This document shows, in pieces, positions 45,990-55,567 of a stretch of DNA of 64,000 nucleotides. The position numbers and the translations under genes are program-made. The stretch comes from an uncultured Gammaproteobacteria bacterium (GTDB lineage: Bacteria > Patescibacteriota > Microgenomatia > UBA12405 > JAHJSD01), in NCBI GenBank assembly GCA_964498425.1, contig CAZCGQ010000002.1, forward strand, positions 130,278 to 194,277, given 5' to 3'. Numbering within the stretch: the stretch's first letter is position 1; every line of letters begins with the position of its first letter. The notes under the pieces are model-generated. The model worked only from the letters and a program-made list of their open reading frames with translations, was not told the DNA's origin and ran no database searches.

Positions 45990-46622
45990 TTAGTTATTTT
46001 GATTTAAGCACTGCACCCAATCACTAGTGTTAACAGTCCCGTTTTCATCAAAGTCATACTTTGAATCGCTTGTCCCGAACTTCTCCATAAAATCACTCTT
46101 ATTACATGTTGTTACTTTCTCACCGGAGCCAGTTGCTGTCGGGCTTGCTTCCGGAACTTCCGTCGGACTAGCCGCGGGCATTGTTGTCGGTGTTGCCGCT
46201 ACAGTTGGCTGAACTGCCTGAGTTGGACTGACTGTAACCTCACCCGGTTTAGTCTTAAATGAATATGGAATACCGTTGTTATCATAAATCTCTTCACCAA
46301 CCCGAATTCTAAAATAATAGGTCGTTTCTTCCTTAAGCGGCGACAAAACAACGCGATGAGTCGTACTCGGCTGATTTTCCAAAGCTCTTAAAAGCAAACT
46401 AGCCGGAGTTGTCCCGTATTCAACTGTGCCCTGAACCTCTTTATCTGTTTGCCAGGTAACAGTTGCGGACTTAACATCAGCTTGAACACGCACATTTTGA
46501 GGTTCCTTACCACCGGAGGCACCGCTTAAGTACGTTTTTGCTGTTCGAACTCCAACCGCAGCTAAAACCCCAACTAAAAGAAGAATAACAATAATCACCA
46601 CCATTTTAATCTTTTTTTTCAT
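45990..46622 (-). CDS. Secreted FN3-like module protein with a C-terminal single dockerin-like Ca-loop segment
   Basis: Signal anchor, then an FN3-like beta segment (PQNVRVQADVKSATVTWQTD...YYFRIRV), a Pro/Thr linker, and C-terminal DFDENGTVNTSD. Confidence 0.5.
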   Translation of the reverse strand: MKKKIKMVVIIVILLLVGVLAAVGVRTAKTYLSGASGGKEPQNVRVQADVKSATVTWQTDKEVQGTVEYGTTPASLLLRALENQPSTTHRVVLSPLKEETTYYFRIRVGEEIYDNNGIPYSFKTKPGEVTVSPTQAVQPTVAATPTTMPAASPTEVPEASPTATGSGEKVTTCNKSDFMEKFGTSDSKYDFDENGTVNTSDWVQCLNQNN

Positions 46623-47311
46623 AAAGACAAGGCCCAGCTAAATAATAACATAAGTCCGCCCCCAATAACAGCAATCATTATCGGTGTTTCAATTCCGGTC
46701 TCGGGCAAACTGCTTGGCGTAGACGTTGGCTGATCCGGAGCAGTTGTACTCGTTGGAGCTGGGGTGTTGGTTGCCTCAGCCGGCGTATTTGTCGGTTGAG
46801 CTGACTCCCCAATAGTATAACTGCCGCTTCCACAAGCAGCGCAATCAATTAAGTCATTTCCTTGTTGATCCCAGATTGCCGAGTCAGTATCAACACCAGA
46901 CTCACAAAGGAATGATGTTGAGGCTGTTCCCTCAGCAGTAGCTTCAAAAGTTACCGTAGCAATATCTCCTTGACCGCTGTTGGTAACCAGAGCCTGCTCA
47001 GAAAAAAGATAAATTGTCAACTTCCCGTTATTATTTTCAATATTGTAATCAAACCCTGAAAAGAAATCCCCCTCAACTACTTCATTTACCTTAAGCCTAC
47101 TTTCATCAAAACTAATTAAGGCATCCGCTGCCATTGATTCTTTGTCCCCGGTATCAATTTTAACCAGGATATCAAAGGTTTCACCAACCTCATAATTCCC
47201 ACTTGATGGCTGAAAATACAACCTTGGACCAGCCTGAGCAAAAACTGTTCCCGCCTGCCACAGGCCGATGAAAAAGATTACGGTAAAGACTACCTTTCTA
47301 GCAATTTTCAT
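46619..47311 (-). CDS. Secreted cohesin-like beta-sandwich protein with an LPETG sortase anchor
   Basis: Signal peptide. A cohesin-like domain is present (YEVGETFDILVKID...GDIATVTFEA). After a Pro/Thr linker come LPETG plus a hydrophobic tail. Confidence 0.5.
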   Translation of the reverse strand: MKIARKVVFTVIFFIGLWQAGTVFAQAGPRLYFQPSSGNYEVGETFDILVKIDTGDKESMAADALISFDESRLKVNEVVEGDFFSGFDYNIENNNGKLTIYLFSEQALVTNSGQGDIATVTFEATAEGTASTSFLCESGVDTDSAIWDQQGNDLIDCAACGSGSYTIGESAQPTNTPAEATNTPAPTSTTAPDQPTSTPSSLPETGIETPIMIAVIGGGLMLLFSWALSL

Positions 47312-47892
47312 TTATTTATTCTAATCCTTAAATCCTCTTTAGTAAACGAATATTCCTTTCCTTGTCCGGCTAATACTGTTCCCCTTGCCTCACCCGGGTT
47401 ATAGATTACAAATTCCGTTCGTCCGGCTGCCAAAGGCTTATACTCTATTACTGCTAAGGATACCTCTTCCCCGGCTGTAATTTCAACCCCCTCCATTGTG
47501 CTTGGCTCAACCAGTGAAATTAAAACCCTTTTTTCTTCCGGTTCAATCCAGTTCCTAGCAGCATAGGAAAATTTCTCGCTGGGATCAATTCCCATAACTT
47601 CAACCATGTTCGGTTGATAATTAAGATAAACATCAACTCCATCCAGCATAATGGTTTCTTTCGCTGTTAAAACTACTTTCATTTGGCTAGTTTCCCCAAG
47701 ATTAACTGCTTCTTCCCCTTGCAAGCTAACTTCCGCCTCTGTCTGAAGTTGCGTCGACTGCGGAAGGGGCAATCTCTCTTTAACCTGAGCTTGATTAACT
47801 TGAGTATTTTTAACTACCAAAATACTCTCTAATATTATTAAAAGCGCTAAAACTGGTATCAACCATTTTACTTTTTCTAAATTAAATTTCAT
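47308..47892 (-). CDS. Secreted hypothetical protein, paralog of 53764-54345
   Basis: Signal anchor. It shares ~45% identity with the 53764-54345 product (…EPE.R.L.SLVE…GEARGTVLAG.GKEY.F..EDL.I). Confidence 0.45.
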   Translation of the reverse strand: MKFNLEKVKWLIPVLALLIILESILVVKNTQVNQAQVKERLPLPQSTQLQTEAEVSLQGEEAVNLGETSQMKVVLTAKETIMLDGVDVYLNYQPNMVEVMGIDPSEKFSYAARNWIEPEEKRVLISLVEPSTMEGVEITAGEEVSLAVIEYKPLAAGRTEFVIYNPGEARGTVLAGQGKEYSFTKEDLRIRINK

Positions 47893-48997
47893 CTTCGTAT
47901 TTTGTACTCAACGTACCCAGGAAAAAGGTAACATCCTGACCGTTAACAATACCGTTAAAATTAATATCTTCCGGAATATCTCCTTGAGTCATAAATGCCT
48001 GCTTTAAAGTTGTAAAGTCAGCACTGTTCACAACCCCATTTTGATCAATGTCGCCTGGCTCAAGGCGCAACCCGGTCCAGTCAAAATTATTATCACCGGC
48101 AGCTAAGGTAATATCTTCTTCACCCAGCCAACAATGTTCTGTCTGATCATCCTCGCAATACCGCCTAGCTAAATGTACTGGTCCTTTAATCAATATAGCA
48201 TATCCATCACTGGGTTCAACTCCAACCAACTCTAAACTCCCTGTTCCAATTGCTTCTTCATTAAATTCAACAGGGACATCTTCATACTTATATGTCGACC
48301 CCTCGCCCTTAACGACGAGGTCAACGAATCTTGTTCCGATATCATCAACAACCAATTCATGCTCATCAACCCGATATTCCGTACCAACAAATTTAATCTT
48401 AAAATTCATCTCCGGCCAACCTGTTGGCGGCTCGGTTGGTATCGGAGTCGGTTCCCCTGCACTAACACTTACTTCAGCCCCAGCAAAATCTGTAATATTC
48501 AAGACCCTGTCCCTCTCCCCTTCTAGTCCCCTCGCCCCAACAAAGGAAACTGCTCCCGTTCTATTTATTGTTGATGTTCCTTCTCCGACCAAATTAAAGG
48601 TTAAGGTGACTAAATTAAAAGTGTCTTCAATTGGTGTAACACCAGATTTTAGGTAAGCTACCGTTTCCACTACCCCACCTTGAGTGGTTTGAGACAAACC
48701 ATTAAATTCTTCACTTAAGCTTGAAGAGGCAAATTCCAAAACTGATGGGTCGTAACTTAAACTAAAATGTCCACCGCTGACTAAATTACCATCCGGCAAA
48801 ACTCTAACTTGTACGCTGGCAGTTTGGTCATCCAAATCAACGTTTTGACTGTCCGGTAACACTTGAACATTAATATTCCCATAGGCTGCTCTTCTTCTAA
48901 CTTCTTGCGTCTGTTGTACTAAGGCCAAAGAAGCAATAACTGCTATCAAGGGCAAAACAAAAAGCAAAGTTAGTAGTTTTCTTTTATATTTTTCCAT
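47882..48997 (-). CDS. Secreted cohesin-like module + C-terminal dockerin-like protein (paralog of 54329-55567)
   Basis: The C-terminus DIDQNGVVNSADFTTLKQAF...EDINFNGIVNGQDVTFFLGTL is a two-segment dockerin-like Ca-binding repeat. Start at ATG 48997. Confidence 0.5.
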   Translation of the reverse strand: MEKYKRKLLTLLFVLPLIAVIASLALVQQTQEVRRRAAYGNINVQVLPDSQNVDLDDQTASVQVRVLPDGNLVSGGHFSLSYDPSVLEFASSSLSEEFNGLSQTTQGGVVETVAYLKSGVTPIEDTFNLVTLTFNLVGEGTSTINRTGAVSFVGARGLEGERDRVLNITDFAGAEVSVSAGEPTPIPTEPPTGWPEMNFKIKFVGTEYRVDEHELVVDDIGTRFVDLVVKGEGSTYKYEDVPVEFNEEAIGTGSLELVGVEPSDGYAILIKGPVHLARRYCEDDQTEHCWLGEEDITLAAGDNNFDWTGLRLEPGDIDQNGVVNSADFTTLKQAFMTQGDIPEDINFNGIVNGQDVTFFLGTLSTKYEDEI

Positions 48998-48999
48998 TT

Positions 49000-50325
49000 T
49001 TAGAATTTGGGCAACTCCGAATACCACTGATTAACATCGCCTTCGTCCAACTGGCCGTTGCAGTTAAAGTCACCGTAAAGATAATTACTATTTAATTTAT
49101 AATCATCGTACCAACCGGCAAAGTCTTCCATATTTATCGTTCCGTCACAGTTATAATCCGCACTAGACTGAATATACCCTCCGTCCGGGCAAGGCTTACA
49201 GCCACTTGGTGCCTCCGTATTTGTCGGCTGAGGTGGCGTATCTGTATTTGTTGGTTGCGGCATATCTGTGTTCGTTGGCCGCGGGGACTCCGTTGGTCTA
49301 GTTGTACTGGTTGGCTCAGGGGTTACTGTTGGCGTTACTTCATCTACCTCAAATGTTGCCCCACTGGTATTAACCTGGTATTCACTCACATCACAACTCC
49401 CAGATTCTTGAACAGGTACACAGCCTGATGCCTCCGCGTTAGTGAAGTTTAATGTTCCTTGCCCATTAACCCTTACTTCAATTTCCGCTACTGTAAAAAC
49501 TCCCCAGGGCAGTTCTTGCCAAGGTGATGATTTGTTAGCCTGAATTACCAATTGCCCTCCCCCATAGTTAACATTCAATTCACTTGGTAAACCAACTAAA
49601 CTGACATCAACTACCTCTAAGTTAGAACCATAGTTTAATCTTAAGCTGGCAATATCAACTTTTTTCTGGCTGGAATCAATCATCAAATTGGCGTTAACCG
49701 TACCTCCAGATTGGCCAACCTGATAATTACCTGGTTCAAAATAAGCAACTATTTCATGTTGCTGGGGAGGGTTAGTTGGAATTGGAGAAGGAGTGCTGGT
49801 TGCTACTGGCTCCTGGCGTATTTCAAAACTCGCTCCTAATGTGCTAGTGCTGTGTGAAGTCACTGGGCAACTACTACCACTAGGATTACAACCATTAACC
49901 GTTGCACCGTCAAATCTAAGATTACCTCCGGAATTAACCCTTACCGTAATAGTCGCTACCGTAAAACTACCACTTGGCAGCTGCTGCCAATTTCCAGTTT
50001 TAACTGCCGTTATCTCAGCTTGGCCACCTCCAGAAGTTATACTCATCTGATTAGGTAAAGCCCCCAAACTAATATTTTCAATTTCTAGCCCGGAATCATA
50101 ACTTAAATTCAGGGAAACCAAATCAACCTTTTTTTGTCCAGAATCAGCTATTAACCTAACATTAACTGTTTCTCCGGAATTATTGACTGCGTAGGAGGAC
50201 TGGTTAAAACTCAAGTCTACGTCTGCGGCCGCTCCCCGTCTCGTTTCTTGACTTTGATTTACCAAGTAAATTCCACCCAATAAAGAAGTAATTAAAATAC
50301 CAATTAAAAAAACTTTTTTTATCAT
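49000..50325 (-). CDS. Secreted protein with two cohesin-like repeats, a Pro/Thr linker and a C-terminal Cys-containing dockerin-like module
   Basis: Two ~150-aa internal repeats (…LSYDSGLEIENISLGALP…GCNP / …LNYGSNLEVVDVSLVGLP…GCVP). The C-terminus carries DYNCDGTINMEDFAGWYDDY...GDFNCNGQLDEGDVNQWY. Confidence 0.5.
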   Translation of the reverse strand: MIKKVFLIGILITSLLGGIYLVNQSQETRRGAAADVDLSFNQSSYAVNNSGETVNVRLIADSGQKKVDLVSLNLSYDSGLEIENISLGALPNQMSITSGGGQAEITAVKTGNWQQLPSGSFTVATITVRVNSGGNLRFDGATVNGCNPSGSSCPVTSHSTSTLGASFEIRQEPVATSTPSPIPTNPPQQHEIVAYFEPGNYQVGQSGGTVNANLMIDSSQKKVDIASLRLNYGSNLEVVDVSLVGLPSELNVNYGGGQLVIQANKSSPWQELPWGVFTVAEIEVRVNGQGTLNFTNAEASGCVPVQESGSCDVSEYQVNTSGATFEVDEVTPTVTPEPTSTTRPTESPRPTNTDMPQPTNTDTPPQPTNTEAPSGCKPCPDGGYIQSSADYNCDGTINMEDFAGWYDDYKLNSNYLYGDFNCNGQLDEGDVNQWYSELPKF

Positions 50326-50374
50326 CTATATATATAAGTTAAAGATATCAGAAACATATCCTGGTTTCAATAAG

Positions 50375-50938
50375 TTACAAACCTAACATTCTTAAAAACC
50401 ATTTCATAATTTTACTCGTTATTCCTTGCCCGTTTGATCCAACTGTAATATTTACATCTTCCCCTGTTGTTGTTTCAAATCCGCTAACCTGGCAGTCATT
50501 TCCGTTAGGGATACAACCATTAGATTGGGTGGTATTAAATGATATATTTCCTGAAGATTTAGCCCCAACAGTTATTGTAGCCAAATCAAATTTACCGCTC
50601 GGGAGAGACTGCCAATTACTCATCTTTACCGCTTTAATACTTATCTTCCCACCACCGGTACTAACTCCAAGCTCATCTGGCAAATCACCTAAGTCTATAT
50701 CCTTAATTTCTAATCCAGAACTGTAATCCATTTCCACCAAAGCTAAATCAACTTTTTTTTTCCCTGCGTCAATTTTTACTTTTATGTCCACTGTTTCACC
50801 AACATCAATCTGGTAGTTGTTCTTTTCAAAATAAAAATTAACAGCACTTCCCCGAGAAAAAACCAATTTCGCGTTACCGAAGAAGAAAATCAAAAAAAAA
50901 AGAACAAAGGCAGATTTTTTTACCAACTGCTTAGTCAT
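50375..50938 (-). CDS. Secreted single cohesin-like module protein
   Basis: Signal anchor MTKQLVKKSAFVLFFLIFFF, then a module homologous to the repeats in 49000-50325 (…MDYSSGLEIKDIDLGDLP…GCIPNGNDC). Confidence 0.5.
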   Translation of the reverse strand: MTKQLVKKSAFVLFFLIFFFGNAKLVFSRGSAVNFYFEKNNYQIDVGETVDIKVKIDAGKKKVDLALVEMDYSSGLEIKDIDLGDLPDELGVSTGGGKISIKAVKMSNWQSLPSGKFDLATITVGAKSSGNISFNTTQSNGCIPNGNDCQVSGFETTTGEDVNITVGSNGQGITSKIMKWFLRMLGL

Positions 50939-53432
50939 AAAGAGCTGACCTCCAAACCGAGAAATCAATGTATTCAACAGTACCATTGCAGTTGGTATCT
51001 CCATAAACACTGTTACCGTTCCCTGTACACTGACCGGTATCCGATGCCGTCCCGTCAAACATAGCTGACCTCCAAGCAGAAAAATCTAGGTAATCAACAT
51101 CTCCATCACAATCGGCATCTCCAGTTACACACTCGCCTTCTTCCGGTGTATTCGTTGGATCAACTGGAGGCACCGGTGTATTTGTCGGGCCACCTGGTCC
51201 TGCCGGCGTATTCGTCGGTTGAACTGGCGGTACCGGCGTATTCGTCGGTAATGGCTGATCTGTTGGAATTGGCGAAGGTTCAATTTCATCCTCACAAGCC
51301 CTATCGGAACAACTATACCAACCACTTCCTGGATCCTCATCCCACCATTGACAGCCATATCTACACGCTCCAGTTACGCAATAACAACTCCTTTGACTGA
51401 CAGGCGTCGGTGTCGGCTCAATTTCTTCCTCGCAAGCACTGGCCGAACAACTAAACATATTCTCCATTGGCTCATCTGACCATACACAACCATAAGCACA
51501 TGCTCTAGTTACACAGTAACATTCTCTTTGACTAACCGGCGTTGGGGAAATTTCAGCATCACACGCACTATCCGAGCAACTGTACCAACCACTTCCTGGA
51601 TCCTCATCCCACCACTGACAACCATAACTGCAAGCTCCAGTTACGCAATAACAACTCCTTTGACTGACAGGCGTCGGTGTTGGTGAAGTTTCACATCTAC
51701 TATCAGGGCTACTATTCCAACAAATCTTTGTGTCTGCGTTTGGAGGTAAAAAGAAAATACCACACTGTAAATCTGGAAGACAATCTTCCTTCCCAGTGCA
51801 AGTATCCCCACAATCGCCGTCACCAGAATCTAACTCACAACAATAAGTTGTTGATTCCCCAGAAACTCCAATAACTCCTCCACAAGGCCTGTTATAATCA
51901 GTTCTTCCCGAACACTCTGACGGCAATGAACACTCCTCATCCGACGCACACTCCACAAAATCAATATACCCTGTTGGTGTTGGGGAAACCCTCACTCGGC
52001 AAACTCCAGGCATACCTTGACTCAAGTCACAATAACCAGAACAACAGTCAGAATTGGCCCCGCACTCCCCGCCATTATTTACACAACTAGATCGACAGAT
52101 TCCGGGCATTCCTTGGCTTAAATCACAATTGCCCGAACAGCATTCAGAATTTGCACCACATTCCCCGCCATTATTTACGCATCTTGGAGTTGGCGTTGGT
52201 TCCGGTCCACAATACCTATCCGCGCACGATCTCCAAAGCCCCCCTGGATTAGCTGTCCGCCATTCACAACTATTAAATACACTGCTGCAAATTCCTTGGC
52301 AATAACAATTCAAATCACCTGAGGGTGTTGGAGTTGCCGTAGGTACTATAGTTGGGGTTGGATAAGGAAGACAGCAATACTTATAACCCCCTGGAGTAAC
52401 TCCACACTTTTTACCTCTTAAAACTGTTCCTCCACAGTTAGCCGGCGGTACACAAGCCTCATCAACATCACAACTAACAAAATCCTCCTCAGTTTCACAT
52501 CCACAACCACCGCCTACTGGAACACAATTTTCACCACTTGGGCAACTACCTAAGCAAACATTCCCATCAGGAGTAAGTTCCATATGACAACTCTCTGACG
52601 CCGGCGTTGCAGTCGGCTGAGGTCCGCAATAACAGCTCGTCCCTTGGCAATAATAGCTATTACAACAATCACTGCAGTTAGCTCTCGACGTTCCGTCTGA
52701 CGTTTCACAGGCTGTACCATCACGTTCACAAACTGAACAATTTCTGACACATTCTTCTCTAGTAATAAAATTGCCATTGGGATCAGCTACACAAGTTCCA
52801 CTCATCGTACATCGATAATTTGGCTCTGGAGTAGAAGTTGCCGTTGGTACTCTCGTTGGAGTTGGTTCAGAAACACAGCAATATTTATAACCACCTGGAA
52901 TAACTCCACATTTCTTATTGTATCTAACTAATCCTCCACAATTATCCGCTGGAACACAAACCTCATCGGCATCACAAGTAACAACTCCGCCCGGCGGCGT
53001 TGGAGCAACACAACCTCGACCGTCTATACAAGTACTATCTCCTGGACAACCATAACAAACAAGTTGGCCTCCGTAATTGACACAATGCCCGTTAGCTCCA
53101 CAACAATCACCCTCGGATTTACCGGAACAATCTGTACTTGGTCTTGGTGTAGCAGTAGGTGCTGATGTTGGATCGGGATTTTTACAGCAAATTTCGCCAA
53201 TCGGGCAAGTTCCAGAAGCATTTTCTAACCCAAAATCCGAACATCTAGCTGACCCAGGCCCCCCAGATTTACAAATCGGGCAAGTATAAGCAGCGCCGCG
53301 GCGGGTTTCTTGCTGCTGCTGTACAAGCCTTAAAGCCGCCGGCAAAGCAACTCCAATTAAAAGCAAACCAATAATAATCGGAATATTGGCCGCTCCGCGC
53401 TGAGAAAAATTATTTTTTAACTTTTTTAACAT
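50931..53432 (-). CDS. Large secreted Cys-rich repeat protein (833 aa) with a C-terminal dockerin-like module
   Basis: Signal anchor. It contains about 100 Cys in repeated knot-like units: 3x CYCVTGAC.YGC.W.DEDPGSGWYSCSD.AC, 2x VNNGGECGANS.CCSG.CDLSQGMPG.CR, and 2x KKCGV.PGGYKYCC. The C-terminus carries DADCDGDVDYLDFSAWRSAMFD...GDTNCNGTVEYIDFSVWRSALYD. Confidence 0.5.
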   Translation of the reverse strand: MLKKLKNNFSQRGAANIPIIIGLLLIGVALPAALRLVQQQQETRRGAAYTCPICKSGGPGSARCSDFGLENASGTCPIGEICCKNPDPTSAPTATPRPSTDCSGKSEGDCCGANGHCVNYGGQLVCYGCPGDSTCIDGRGCVAPTPPGGVVTCDADEVCVPADNCGGLVRYNKKCGVIPGGYKYCCVSEPTPTRVPTATSTPEPNYRCTMSGTCVADPNGNFITREECVRNCSVCERDGTACETSDGTSRANCSDCCNSYYCQGTSCYCGPQPTATPASESCHMELTPDGNVCLGSCPSGENCVPVGGGCGCETEEDFVSCDVDEACVPPANCGGTVLRGKKCGVTPGGYKYCCLPYPTPTIVPTATPTPSGDLNCYCQGICSSVFNSCEWRTANPGGLWRSCADRYCGPEPTPTPRCVNNGGECGANSECCSGNCDLSQGMPGICRSSCVNNGGECGANSDCCSGYCDLSQGMPGVCRVRVSPTPTGYIDFVECASDEECSLPSECSGRTDYNRPCGGVIGVSGESTTYCCELDSGDGDCGDTCTGKEDCLPDLQCGIFFLPPNADTKICWNSSPDSRCETSPTPTPVSQRSCYCVTGACSYGCQWWDEDPGSGWYSCSDSACDAEISPTPVSQRECYCVTRACAYGCVWSDEPMENMFSCSASACEEEIEPTPTPVSQRSCYCVTGACRYGCQWWDEDPGSGWYSCSDRACEDEIEPSPIPTDQPLPTNTPVPPVQPTNTPAGPGGPTNTPVPPVDPTNTPEEGECVTGDADCDGDVDYLDFSAWRSAMFDGTASDTGQCTGNGNSVYGDTNCNGTVEYIDFSVWRSALYD

Positions 53433-53447
53433 TATATTTGTATGTGT

Positions 53448-53690
53448 TTACTGACAGCAGTAGGGCTTATCCGAAGGACAATCTCCCTTGTTCCACCTCA
53501 TATTAATTTCATGACAAAACTGAGCTTTACATGTTGTTTGACAAGGATAGCCAAAGGTTGGCATTTGGTTTCCAGCCGCCCCTTTTCGAGTTTCTTGACT
53601 TTGCTTAACTAGCTGTAAAACGCCAATCAAAGCAAGAAGGACAAAAAAAATGGCTAGAAGGCTTAAAATTTTTCGTTTGTTTTGTTCCAT
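53448..53690 (-). CDS. Small secreted Cys-rich protein (80 aa)
   Basis: Signal anchor plus a C-terminal 6-Cys segment (GYPCQTTCKAQFCHEINMRWNKGDCPSDKPYCCQ). Confidence 0.4.
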   Translation of the reverse strand: MEQNKRKILSLLAIFFVLLALIGVLQLVKQSQETRKGAAGNQMPTFGYPCQTTCKAQFCHEINMRWNKGDCPSDKPYCCQ

Positions 53691-53763
53691 AAAGGCTGGT
53701 AAAAATCGTAACTATCCTCACTCTAGACCATAACGTATCTTTTTGTCAAGAATCAGTTCTTAA

Positions 53764-54345
53764 TTACTCGACGCTGATAGTTAAGTCTTCAGTAATAAAA
53801 TCATATTCTTTCCCCTTGCCAGCTAAAACCGTACCCCTTGCCTCTCCAGCTTTATAAATCTCTACATCAACCTTTCCATCTAAAATCGCTTGATAGGTAA
53901 TATCGGCTAAAATTAATTTTTGGCCTTTCTCTAAATTTACTTGACCATTTTCTTGAGTCTCAACTAATGATAATAAGATTCGTTCGTTTTCTGGTTCAAT
54001 CCAATTCCGTCCAACAACAGAAAATTCCGTTGTCGGCTTAACAGTTAAAATTTCAAGGCCGGCGGAATCATAACGAAGGTATACGTCTGCTCCATCTAAG
54101 ATTAATTCTTCCTCGGCAGATAAAACTACTTTAACGTTTTCAACCTCTCCCCTCCTTACCTGGCTGTTACCAATCAAATTAATCTTGGCTGCGTAATTTA
54201 AATTATCATCAACTTGAACCGAAGTTTCCGAGGCCACTTCTTTCTTCCTAACTGCCATCAATTTGACGATAAAAACACTCTCAAAAATAACTAGCAAAGA
54301 TAGGACTGGAATTATCCAAACTCTCTTTTTAAAGGTCATCTTCAT
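53764..54345 (-). CDS. Secreted hypothetical protein, paralog of 47308-47892
   Basis: See 47308-47892. Confidence 0.45.
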   Translation of the reverse strand: MKMTFKKRVWIIPVLSLLVIFESVFIVKLMAVRKKEVASETSVQVDDNLNYAAKINLIGNSQVRRGEVENVKVVLSAEEELILDGADVYLRYDSAGLEILTVKPTTEFSVVGRNWIEPENERILLSLVETQENGQVNLEKGQKLILADITYQAILDGKVDVEIYKAGEARGTVLAGKGKEYDFITEDLTISVE

Positions 54346-55567
54346 ATTTTGTGCTTAAAGTATTTAGGAAAAAAGTAATATCCTGACCGTTAACAATCCC
54401 ATTAAAATTAATATCCTCCTCAACGTCCCCCTCCAACTTTAAAGCCTCTTTCAATAAAGTAAAGTCAGCGCTGTTGACAACTCCGTTTTTGTCAATGTCC
54501 CCTGGCTCCAAGTTAATTTCTGTCCAATCAAAGCTATTTTCACCGCTATCTAAGGTTATTTCTTCTTCACCAAGCCAACAATGTTCCCTTTGGTCATCCT
54601 TACAAAATCGCTTGGCTAGATGCACCGGGCCTTTAACCAATACTGCATAACCGCTTCCCGGCTCAACTCCAGTTAAATCTATTGAACCAGTTCCAATTGC
54701 TTGATTATTAAATTCAACTGGAACGTCCTCATATTCAAAACTCTCCCCATTACCCTTAACCCAAACGTCGACTAACCGGGTACCAATGGTATCCACTGTC
54801 TTCATCACCCCGCCTACCCGATACTCTGTTCCTTCAAACTTAATTTTAAAAGTTAACTCCGGCCATCCACCTTCCGGTTCTCCTGTCGGAGTTGCCGTTA
54901 CCACCGGTATTGGCGTACTGGTAGCCTCAGGGTCTGGCGTGTTAGTTGCCCCAGACGGCGGAGTATTTGTTGCCACTGGAGTTTCTGTCGGGACTAACTC
55001 CGATACAACCGTTATCGTTGATCTATCAAAACTACTCATTGATAACTGCCGGTCAATATTACCCTCCTGACCTCTAGACCCGGTAATTACATAATCCTCA
55101 GTCCTGTTAATATCAGCTACACCCGTCTGCTTTGCTTCAAAAGTCAAAGTTGCAATTTGAAAAGGCTCATTATTTAATCGCTCTAATTCATCCCGAGCCA
55201 TTGTCGTCAATGCCGTAAACTCAACCCTTCCTCCAGCAGAAGAGTCAGACCCGGTAAATCCATTACGAACAGCAACATCAACAAACTCTAATACATCCTC
55301 ATCGTAATCCAGAGTCATTTTTACTAAATTAACCAAATTCGGTCCAGGATTAACCATAACTTGTAGGTTAACCTGTTCACCGACTTCCACTATTTTTTCA
55401 TCTGGCAAAATTGAAACGGCAACATTGCCGTAAGCAGCTTGACGTCTAGTTTCTTGGCGCTGTTGAACCAAATAAATTGCCCCAAAGAGGCCAAAAATTA
55501 AACTAAAAAAGATAAACCAGTTTTTATTACCTGTATTCGTCATACCATTGGGCAAAATCCTGCTCAT
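54329..55567 (-). CDS. Secreted cohesin-like module + dockerin-like protein (paralog of 47882-48997). The real start may be the internal Met at 55543.
   Basis: C-terminus GDIDKNGVVNSADFTLLKEALKLEGDVEEDINFNGIVNGQDITFFLNTL, plus a Thr/Pro linker. Confidence 0.5.
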   Translation of the reverse strand: MSRILPNGMTNTGNKNWFIFFSLIFGLFGAIYLVQQRQETRRQAAYGNVAVSILPDEKIVEVGEQVNLQVMVNPGPNLVNLVKMTLDYDEDVLEFVDVAVRNGFTGSDSSAGGRVEFTALTTMARDELERLNNEPFQIATLTFEAKQTGVADINRTEDYVITGSRGQEGNIDRQLSMSSFDRSTITVVSELVPTETPVATNTPPSGATNTPDPEATSTPIPVVTATPTGEPEGGWPELTFKIKFEGTEYRVGGVMKTVDTIGTRLVDVWVKGNGESFEYEDVPVEFNNQAIGTGSIDLTGVEPGSGYAVLVKGPVHLAKRFCKDDQREHCWLGEEEITLDSGENSFDWTEINLEPGDIDKNGVVNSADFTLLKEALKLEGDVEEDINFNGIVNGQDITFFLNTLSTKYEDDL

